A stretch of DNA of 64,000 nt from Anaeromyxobacteraceae bacterium (GTDB lineage Bacteria > Myxococcota > Myxococcia > Myxococcales > Anaeromyxobacteraceae), in contig JAULAX010000017.1 of assembly GCA_032654565.1 (NCBI GenBank), positions 128,001 to 192,000 of the forward strand, in the 5' to 3' direction. Positions 22,308 through 29,724 of the stretch are shown here, piece after piece. The notes below the pieces were generated by a model. That model ran no database searches. It had not been told where the DNA came from and saw nothing but the letters and a program-made list of their open reading frames with translations. Position numbers and translations under genes: made by a program. Within the stretch, counting starts at the first letter, position 1; each line of letters begins with the position of its first letter.

Positions 22308-22453
22308 GTTGGGTGCTCCTCCCTTTCGGCGCGGCCTGCAGCTTGCGCGGAATCAAGACGTAACTACCCTGTCGGGGAGGGTTCTGCAAGTTTCGAGCCT
22401 GTAGGTAGCAGCCCTACTTGTCACACCACAAGTCAGGCGTCCGCCGTTGTGCG

Positions 22454-23185
22454 TCATTCCCAGGAAGCTATGAGGGATTCCCTCGAAAGTTCGGAGAGCA
22501 GCGCGTCGATATCCGACCGGATCCTGACCGCATCGACCGCGGGGAAGTCGGTGGCCAGCAGCCCCGCCAGCTCCCCGGCGTCGCGGACCCCGCCATCGAT
22601 CAGCTTCCAGGCCCTCACGCCGGAGGGATTGAGCGTGAAGTAGAACCCGTTCCGCAGGTGGAGCAGCACGCCGGTGCCGTCGCGCAGCTCGGTCAGCACC
22701 ACGTCGTCGCTGCCGGTGATCCCGGCCCCGGTCCGGGCCTCGCGACGGCGCCGCGGCAGGGACGGGTCGGCGGGCCAGGCGTAGGCCACGGCGTAGTCGT
22801 CGCCGGGCCCGGGCGTGCTGACGATGGCCTGGCCGTCGCGCTCCAGCCAGGCGTGGGCCCGCAGCTCATCGCCATCCTTGCGGACGCCGATGAGGAAGCG
22901 GACCTCCTGCCCGGCGGCGCGGAGCAGGGCGTAGCTGCCGAGGGCGCGGTAGAGGCAGGTGGTGGGCCAGAGCCGGAGCGGCCGGAAGAGCGCCTCGGAG
23001 AGCCGGCGGGTCTCGTCGCCGGGCGGCGCCCCCGGCTCGGCCGGCCAATCGAGCGACTCCAGCAGGGCGGGGAGCGCCCGGCGCCGCACCAGGAAGGGCA
23101 GGGCGGCCCGCAGCAGCAGCCCCCGGACCGCCTGGCGGAGCCGGTGGAGCGGGGCCGGTCGGGCCCGTGGCGCCGGGGCGCTCAC
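22454..23185 (-). CDS. Lasso B2-type (transglutaminase-like) leader peptidase fused to a C-terminal PqqD/RRE domain
   Basis: TCLYRAL...IGVRK....RAHAWLE (Cys-His-Glu) followed by VVLTEL.DGTGVLLH...YFTLNPSG. Confidence 0.85.
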   Translation of the reverse strand: MSAPAPRARPAPLHRLRQAVRGLLLRAALPFLVRRRALPALLESLDWPAEPGAPPGDETRRLSEALFRPLRLWPTTCLYRALGSYALLRAAGQEVRFLIGVRKDGDELRAHAWLERDGQAIVSTPGPGDDYAVAYAWPADPSLPRRRREARTGAGITGSDDVVLTELRDGTGVLLHLRNGFYFTLNPSGVRAWKLIDGGVRDAGELAGLLATDFPAVDAVRIRSDIDALLSELSRESLIASWE

Positions 23186-24573
23186 CCGGCCTGGATCGGC
23201 TCCAGGCAGAGCGCCTTGTTGAGGGCGGCGATGGCCTTCTTGTAGTCGCCCCGCTCGATGACGAACTGCATGTTGATCTGCCGCAGCGACTGCGACACGC
23301 AGTTGACGTTGATCTTGCTCTCGGCCAGCACCTGCGCGGCCCGGGCCAGCACGCCGGGGATGGCGATGTTCGACCCGATGACGCAGACCACCGCCGACGG
23401 CTTCACGGTCACCAGCTCGTAGGTGTTCTCCAGCTCCTCGATGAAGCTGGGCGTCGCCGACTTCTCCCAGATGATGTGGGTGATGGAGTTGGCGTTGGTG
23501 GCCTTCAGGATGTAGCTCACCCCGTGGCGCTGGAAGATCTGCATCAGCCCGAGGTCGAAGCCCACCGTCCCCACCATGCTGGGGTCGTGGATCTCCACGA
23601 TGGTCACCTTGGGCGTGCCGGCGATCACCTCGATGCGGGCCTGCTTGCCCACGTAGTCCTTGGTGATCAGCGTCCCCGGGTGGTCGGGCTCGAAGGTGTT
23701 CTTGAGCCGGATGGGGATGCCGGCCAGCTCCATGGGCTTGGCCGCCTTGGGGTGGATGGCCTCCATGCCCACGTCGGCCAGCTGGTCCGCCACGTCGTAG
23801 TTGGTGTTGCCCACCACCACGGTGTTGCCGGCGCCGACGATCTCCGGGTCGGCCGAGGAGAGGTGGAACTCCTTGTGGATGACCGCCTCGTCGGCCTTCA
23901 GCTCCACCGCCACCTTGCAGAAGGTGACCTCGGAGTAGCCGCGGTCGAACTCCCGCATGATGCCCTCGACCCCCTTGGTGTAGCCGGTCACCACCACCAC
24001 CTGCCGGGCCAGGTCCACGCCCTTGAAGGACTCGTGGATGCGCTCGTCGATGGTGAGCGGCTCGTCGTCGTCGAAGCCGGAGAGGTCGAGCAGCAGCGAG
24101 GGGATCCCCTTGGCCTTCAGGATCTCCACGCTGTTGAAGGCGGAGTGGGCCTCGCCGATGGCGGCCAGCATCTCGCGCCCGGCCAGCAGCACGCTCTCGC
24201 GCTTCAGGTAGCCGCTGGCCAGCACGTGGCGCATCGAGTCCAGGTACTCCTTGAGCACCCCCATGCGCTGGCTGATGAAGCCGTCGGCCACCGCCAGCGG
24301 CAGCCCCAGCGGCGCCATCCCCTTGTTGAGCTCCTTCAGCTTGCCGGTGAGCGCGTCGAGGGCGCCGGTGTAGTCGCCGCCGGCCGCGAAGGTGGCGTAG
24401 ACCCCCTGCTCGCCGGTCTTCTTGTGCTCGAGCAGCTGGTTGGTCACGCCGGAGTAGGCGGACACCACGTAGACCCGGCCGAAGACGTTGGTCGGGTCAC
24501 GCAGGATGATGTTCTTGATGACGTCCTCGAAGTGCGACATCGAGGTGCCGCCGATCTTCTCGACGGTGATCAT
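23182..24573 (-). CDS. ask: Aspartate kinase, ectoine-associated (Ask_Ect) subfamily-like
   Basis: MITVEKIGGTSMS, VVSAYSGVTN.LLEHKKTGE.GVY, FDRGYSE, KEFHLSSADP, C-terminal ACT domains. Confidence 0.9.
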   Translation of the reverse strand: MITVEKIGGTSMSHFEDVIKNIILRDPTNVFGRVYVVSAYSGVTNQLLEHKKTGEQGVYATFAAGGDYTGALDALTGKLKELNKGMAPLGLPLAVADGFISQRMGVLKEYLDSMRHVLASGYLKRESVLLAGREMLAAIGEAHSAFNSVEILKAKGIPSLLLDLSGFDDDEPLTIDERIHESFKGVDLARQVVVVTGYTKGVEGIMREFDRGYSEVTFCKVAVELKADEAVIHKEFHLSSADPEIVGAGNTVVVGNTNYDVADQLADVGMEAIHPKAAKPMELAGIPIRLKNTFEPDHPGTLITKDYVGKQARIEVIAGTPKVTIVEIHDPSMVGTVGFDLGLMQIFQRHGVSYILKATNANSITHIIWEKSATPSFIEELENTYELVTVKPSAVVCVIGSNIAIPGVLARAAQVLAESKINVNCVSQSLRQINMQFVIERGDYKKAIAALNKALCLEPIQAG

Positions 24574-24701
24574 GGTCTGGCTCCGTTTCGGGCGCGGGTG
24601 GCGAGCTTTGGGGGGCAAGAAATAACCACGTTTTTCGGCTGCTGGCCACCGCTCCGTCGCCGCACCCCCGGTCGAGCCCGGTTCTTGCTTCGCTGCCGGC
24701 C

Positions 24702-25178
24702 ATGGCCCACCGGCTCGCCCTCGTCGTCGCCCTCCTGCCGCTGCTCGGCGCCGCCTCCCTCCGCGCCTGGCTCCGCCCGGCGCCGCCCCCGCCCGGCTGC
24801 CTGCCGGTGGCGCTGGGGGTGCCGCCGCGCCACTGGCTGGGGTGCCTGGTGGGGGAGGGGGTGGAGCGTGCGCAGGCGTTGCCGGTCCAGGGGCCCCGGC
24901 GGGTCGCGGGGCCCGGGTCGCCGACGGGGATGAGGCCGCTGGCCGACGAGGAGCGGCTGCTGCTCGGCCTGCCGCTCGACCTCAACTCGGCGCGGCCCGA
25001 GGCGCTGGCCTTCGTCCCCGGCCTGAGCCGCAGCCTGGCGGTCGCCGTGGCGGCCGATCGGACGAACCGCGGACCCTTCGAGCGGGTCGACGACCTCCGG
25101 CGGGTGAGCGGTATCGGCGAGAAGCGGCTGGAGAAGGCGCGGGGGACGCTGTTCGTTGGGGGGGCGGTAGGGCCCTGA
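24702..25178 (+). CDS. ComEA-like helix-hairpin-helix DNA-binding membrane protein
   Basis: LDLNSA...L..VPGL...LA, GPF.RVDDL.RVSGIGEKRL. Confidence 0.85.
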   Translation: MAHRLALVVALLPLLGAASLRAWLRPAPPPPGCLPVALGVPPRHWLGCLVGEGVERAQALPVQGPRRVAGPGSPTGMRPLADEERLLLGLPLDLNSARPEALAFVPGLSRSLAVAVAADRTNRGPFERVDDLRRVSGIGEKRLEKARGTLFVGGAVGP

Positions 25179-25182
25179 GGCC

Positions 25183-25228
25183 AGACCGCCCGCGACGCTA
25201 GACCGCCCGCGACGCTAGACCGCCCGCG
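25183..25228. repeat. 17-bp tandem repeat x ~2.7 (AGACCGCCCGCGACGCT)
   Basis: Copies at 25183, 25200 and 25217; contains the stop codon of the adjacent ORF. Confidence 0.85.
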
Positions 25229-26066
25229 GCCGCTTGAGCTGGCCGCGCGCCCTGGCCCGCTTGGCGAGGACCAGGTCGAGCCCTGCTTCCAGCACCTGCC
25301 CCGTGGTGGCGCCCGGCATGGCGTGCGAGAGGCCGTCGCGGGCGTCGGCCAGCTTCTTCAAGAACTGGCGGCTGACGGTGACGTGGATCCGGGAGAGGTC
25401 GGCGGTGAGAGGCTCGACCTCGTCGCGCTTGGCGATCAAACAGGCGCCTCCCCCATTCGCAACTTCGTGCGCACGAAGTTGCGAAGGAGGGACCACGCTC
25501 GGGATCTGCGGGGCACACCTTGGGCTGGCCAGCGCGAGCCCGGACTGGGCGATCGGCAGGCGAAGGACCGACCGCGCCTGCGGGGTCACGACCGTGCGCG
25601 TGGGTGGCGCCGCGCGCGGCAGCAGTTCGGCGACCAGCTCCTTCGCCTCCCGCGACGAGGCGCCGTAGAAGCGCGTCAGCACCAGGTCGCGGTTCTCCTC
25701 GGTGAGCACCCGGGCCAGCTCGGCCGTTGTCGTCAAGCAGAGCCGGCCGTCGCGGAGCGGTTCGGCCAGGTCCGGGAAGCGCTGGAGGAGCCTGGCCGCG
25801 CTCATCCGCCAGAAGGAACTGGGGCCGGGCAGCTTCAGCTCGGCGTGAAGGAAGGCGAACAGGCTGGCGTGGCCGAGCGGCTCCCAGCCGCGCTGTCGGT
25901 CGAAGTCGGCCAGGGCGACAAGGAAGTCGGCCATGGCGGCCTGTTCGTGGCGGAGCAGGCGGGCGAGGGCGTCGCGGAGTCTCCGCGCGTCGCAGAGTTC
26001 GAGGGGAAGCGTGACCGGAGCGGAGGCCGCGGCCGAGGAGGGGGTCGGGTGCGCGTGTGAGTTCAT
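25215..26066 (-). pseudogene. Probably truncated member of the multi-copy myxobacterial HNH-endonuclease (DUF222-like) family; HNH domain absent
   Basis: AMADFLVALADFD..RGW..LG.ASLF.FLH.EL, EPLRDGRLC and VEPLTADL.RIHVTVS..FL.KL recalled from this family; the ORF stops before any HNH or Cys motif. Confidence 0.55.
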
Positions 26067-26327
26067 GCACCGATCGTCTCACGGGAATTTCGGCCCTCCC
26101 CAAACGCACGCAGGCGGCGCAGGGAAGGGGACCGTGGCCGCGGCCTCGCGACCCCGGCCGGAGTCGCCGAACGCTCGCCAGCGGAGGCCACGGGCCGCCA
26201 GGCTGGCCTCCTGGTGAGACTTCACTGGCCGTGCGCCGATTCGGTCGAAAACCTGTCAAGCCGGGACCGCGGAACTTTGGGTATATGCGCGAAGAAAACC
26301 TTACGGCCGCAGCGCATCCGTGAGTTC

Positions 26328-26440
26328 GGCCACCTTCGCCGGCCACCTTCGCCCGCGACCTGGGCCAGCGACCTGCCCCCTCGGCCTGCGACTCGCGGCC
26401 TGGGCCAGCAACCTGCGCCCCCGGCATGCAACTCGCGACC
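26328..26440. repeat. 13-bp duplication followed by a degenerate 40-bp tandem repeat
   Basis: GGCCACCTTCGCC x2 (26328, 26341); CGCGRCCTGGGCCAGCRACCTGC...TGCRACT units at 26354 and 26394, partial at 26434. Confidence 0.7.
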
Positions 26441-26537
26441 GCTTGCGGCCACCAGCGCGCCCAACCTCCCCCGCCCGTAGCGCCCCGGCGCCACACCGGG
26501 TAAAGAGGATACCCACAGGGGGCTGGGAGGCCGTTCG

Positions 26538-28106
26538 GTGATCATCCGCTGCGAACGCTGCTCGACGCTCTACGATCTCGACGAAGCGCTCCTCGCGCCG
26601 GAGGGCTCGCCGGTCCAGTGCGCCAAGTGCCAGGCGGTCTTCACCGCCACGCCGCCGAAGCCGGGCGCGTCGCCCGGCGGCCAGTCCACCGCCGCGCAGG
26701 CGGCCTCGCCTCCGGCCGCCACCACCGCCGGCACCTCCGCCACACCCTCGAGCGCCGCCTCCGCCTTCTCCTCCGCGGGCGCCGCCTCGTCCCCCCCGCC
26801 CTCGCCCGCCTCGCCAACCGGCGTTCCGCCCGCGCCCGCCAGCCCGTCCGCCGCCGCCCCTCGCGCCACCCGCACCGGCCCAAACATCTACCGCCCCCCG
26901 CAGCCTCCGCCCGCGCCGCCCCCGGCCCGTGGTCGCGCCCGCGCCGGCGCCCCGCCCCGCGACGCCGTCACCGCCATGGACGCCCGGCTCCGCGCCATGG
27001 CCCGCTGGAAGCTGGCGATCATCCCGGCCGCGCTGGCGCTGGTGGCGCTGCTGGCCTGGGGCGGATGGTCGGCCTGGAAGCGGCGCCCCGATCCCGAGAC
27101 GCAGCGGCAGCGGGCCGAGGCCATGGCGCTCATCGCCCAGGACGACGCCGCCAGCCTGGGGCGCGCCACCGACCTGCTCGACGCCATCCAGCAGGGCGAT
27201 CGCCCGTCGAGCGGTGCCGCCGGTGAGCGCGGCCTGGCCCGGGCGCTGCTCGCGGCCGCCCTCGCCGACGAGGTGGAGCCGCTCGCCGAGCGTCAGGCCG
27301 CCGCGGCCGCCGAGAAGGCCCGGCTGGAGCGCGAGCAGCCGCCCGGCTTCGAGGACGCGCTGCGGGCCCTGGCCATGGAGGCCACCCGCGCCGAAGTGGA
27401 GCTGGCCCCGCGGCGGAAGAAGCTGGAGGCGCTGGTGGCTCACGCCGCCGACGAGCTGAAGGCGTTGGGCGCCGATCCCAGGGGGGCGCGCGAGGCGGCC
27501 CGCGGGCAGGCGATCCTGGCCGTGCTCGCCGAGGACGCCGGGGAGGTGGAGCGGGCGGTGACGCTGCTGCGGAAGCCGGGGCAGGATCCCTGGGCCGACC
27601 TCGCCGAGCTCTGGCTGGCGGTCCGGCAGGACGGGGCGGCGCGCGACCGGGCCATCCCCGGGCTGGTGACGCTGGCCGCCACGCACCCCGAGCTGATCCG
27701 GGCCCGCTTCGTCCTGGCCCGCGCCCTGCTGGTGGCCGGCCGGCGCGAGGAGGCCATCTCGGTGGTGGCCCGCCTGCTCTCCGCCAACCCGCACCACGAG
27801 CGGGCCCAGCGGCTGCGCACCCAGCTGGCGGTCAAGCCGCCGCCGCCCCCGCCGCCGGTGGCGCCGGAGCCGCCCCGCCCCGCCTGGACGCCGAGGGCCG
27901 CGCCGCCGCCCGGCCCGGCCGCCGTCAACGTGCTGGTGGCGCCGGTGGTGGTGCCCCCGGCCGCCGCCGGCAACCTGCCCCCCGCGACCACACCCGCCGT
28001 CCAGCCCGCCAGCCCTGCCCCGGTCGAGGTGCCGTTGCCGCCGCCGCCGCAGCCGGCGCCGAAGCCACGGCCGCCGCTACCCGAGGTGGAGACGCCGGCG
28101 GGGTAG
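26538..28106 (+). CDS. Zinc-ribbon (MJ0042-type) single-TM protein with Pro-rich linkers and a TPR-like region
   Basis: CERC...VQCAKC at the N-terminus, one TM helix, helical repeats, Pro-rich tail. Confidence 0.8.
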   Translation: MIIRCERCSTLYDLDEALLAPEGSPVQCAKCQAVFTATPPKPGASPGGQSTAAQAASPPAATTAGTSATPSSAASAFSSAGAASSPPPSPASPTGVPPAPASPSAAAPRATRTGPNIYRPPQPPPAPPPARGRARAGAPPRDAVTAMDARLRAMARWKLAIIPAALALVALLAWGGWSAWKRRPDPETQRQRAEAMALIAQDDAASLGRATDLLDAIQQGDRPSSGAAGERGLARALLAAALADEVEPLAERQAAAAAEKARLEREQPPGFEDALRALAMEATRAEVELAPRRKKLEALVAHAADELKALGADPRGAREAARGQAILAVLAEDAGEVERAVTLLRKPGQDPWADLAELWLAVRQDGAARDRAIPGLVTLAATHPELIRARFVLARALLVAGRREEAISVVARLLSANPHHERAQRLRTQLAVKPPPPPPPVAPEPPRPAWTPRAAPPPGPAAVNVLVAPVVVPPAAAGNLPPATTPAVQPASPAPVEVPLPPPPQPAPKPRPPLPEVETPAG

Positions 28107-28289
28107 GTGGGGCCGCCGCTCGGGGCAGCGTGGCGAGGCAGCGTGGCGGAGTCGGCCCGCAGAGGACCTGCCGGATCCTGTCGGCCGCCGCGGTCACCGG
28201 GCGCCTTGACAGGCCGGGAAGCTCCGTGATCGGATGCCGCACCCCCACGGGTGCGTCGATGCGCCCAATCAACGGAAAGTGACGCGCCC

Positions 28290-28895
28290 ATGACCGGCCA
28301 ACGAACCACCATCGCCGCGCTCTGCTCCGCCTTCGTCCTCGCCGCCGTCGGCCTCTCGCAGGTCACCGGCTGCGGCGGAGGGAGTGACGCCGCCGCCGGT
28401 TGCGCTGCGCCGAACGTGACCTGCGGCACCGCCTGCGTCAACGTGGCGACCGACCCCGCCAACTGCGGCGCCTGCGCCTCCACCTGCCGCCCCGGGGCCA
28501 GCTGCAGCGCCGGAATGTGCGTCTGCCCCTCCGGCCAGGTCGCCTGCTCCACCGCCTGCGCCAACCTGGCCGCCGACATGAACAACTGCGGCACCTGCGG
28601 CCACGGCTGCCGCGTCGGCCTGACCTGCACCTCGGGGGTCTGCACCTGCCCCTCCGGCGGTCTCGACTGCGCCGGCACCTGCGTCGACGCCACCTCGGAC
28701 CTCAACAACTGCGGCTCCTGCGGGACCGTCTGCCTGCCCGGGGCCAGCTGCAGCGCCGGAATGTGCGCCTGCCCCTCCGGCCAGGTGGCCTGCTCCACCG
28801 GCTGCGCCAACCTGGCCGCCGACGTGAACCACTGCGGCTCCTGCGGGACCGTCTGCCCCGCCGGCCAGACCTGCAGCAGCGGCGCCTGCGGCTGA
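28290..28895 (+). CDS. Cys-rich repeat lipoprotein (myxobacterial Stig1-like D..NCG.CG..C repeats)
   Basis: Lipobox VTGC; four ~41-aa repeats such as CVDATSDLNNCGSCGTVC. Confidence 0.8.
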   Translation: MTGQRTTIAALCSAFVLAAVGLSQVTGCGGGSDAAAGCAAPNVTCGTACVNVATDPANCGACASTCRPGASCSAGMCVCPSGQVACSTACANLAADMNNCGTCGHGCRVGLTCTSGVCTCPSGGLDCAGTCVDATSDLNNCGSCGTVCLPGASCSAGMCACPSGQVACSTGCANLAADVNHCGSCGTVCPAGQTCSSGACG

Positions 28896-28977
28896 CCGGC
28901 CGGGCCGGGCGCTGGGGACGGCCACGGCCTGGGGGAGCGGTCGGGCGATCACCGGGCGTCGGGCCCGGCGCCGCGCC

Positions 28978-29607
28978 TCAGAGCAGCGTGGCGTAGGCGA
29001 CCAGCAGCCGGCCGGCCGAGACGCGGCCGCCGCCGACCACCAGCACGTCGTTGAGGATCTCGCCGTCGTCGCCGCGGGCCTTCCACGGCTGGCCCCCGTT
29101 GACGCGCATGCGGGCCACGCCGCGCCCGGTGCGGTGGAGCAGCGTCACCGTGCCGCCGTCGCCGACCCGCTCCACCAGCCCGACGTGCTCGGCCTGGCCG
29201 CCGGGGGTGTCGGAGAGGAAGACCAGGTCGCCGGGGGCGGGGCGGGTGCGGCGCAGCGAGCCCTCGGCGCGGGCGAAGGCGTGCAGCGCCTTGACGTCGG
29301 TGGCGCCGGCCGGCAGCTTCCGCCCGGCCTGCTGGTAGGCGGCGCGGACCAGGGCGGTGCAGCTGTCGCCGTAGCGGACCCCCCCCACCACGATCTCCTT
29401 GTGGCCGGCCATGGCGCGGGCCGTGTCCAGCGCCCGCCGGGCGGCGGACGGGTCGTTGGCGTGGGCGGCCGGCTCGGCGGCGGGGCGGGGCGGGGCGGGG
29501 CGGCTCGGCGCGGCGTGGCTGGACGCGGCGGCCGGTCGCCTCGGCGCGCTGGCGCAGCCGGCGGCGAGCGCGGCGGCGAGCAGCAGGAGGGGGCGGGGCC
29601 AGGCCAT
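28978..29607 (-). CDS. CHAP/NlpC-P60-like lipoprotein
   Basis: Lipobox AAGC, DSCTALV, PAPGDLVF, HVGLV. Confidence 0.75.
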   Translation of the reverse strand: MAWPRPLLLLAAALAAGCASAPRRPAAASSHAAPSRPAPPRPAAEPAAHANDPSAARRALDTARAMAGHKEIVVGGVRYGDSCTALVRAAYQQAGRKLPAGATDVKALHAFARAEGSLRRTRPAPGDLVFLSDTPGGQAEHVGLVERVGDGGTVTLLHRTGRGVARMRVNGGQPWKARGDDGEILNDVLVVGGGRVSAGRLLVAYATLL

Positions 29608-29724
29608 CGGCGCGATGCTACGTGGGGCGGGCGCCACGTCCATTTTCCTCACCCCCGGGAGGCCCCGCTCCCCGCCGCCGGCGCTTGCAGCCCCGCGCGC
29701 CAGCCGGTATGACCCGGCGCCACT

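Noticed and set aside
18495..22643. 1382-aa plus-strand ORF, and other long antisense or alternate-frame ORFs such as 12444-15665(-), 46493-49342(-) and 56058-58961(-)
   Set aside because: Shadow ORFs caused by high GC. They are Arg/Gly/Pro-rich, show no motifs, and overlap well-supported genes.
17617..23185. Canonical lasso peptide cluster or PQQ biosynthesis operon
   Set aside because: No asparagine-synthetase-like cyclase and no Asp/Glu at core positions 7-9; no pqqB/C/E, no radical SAM gene in the cluster and no ExxxY PqqA motif.
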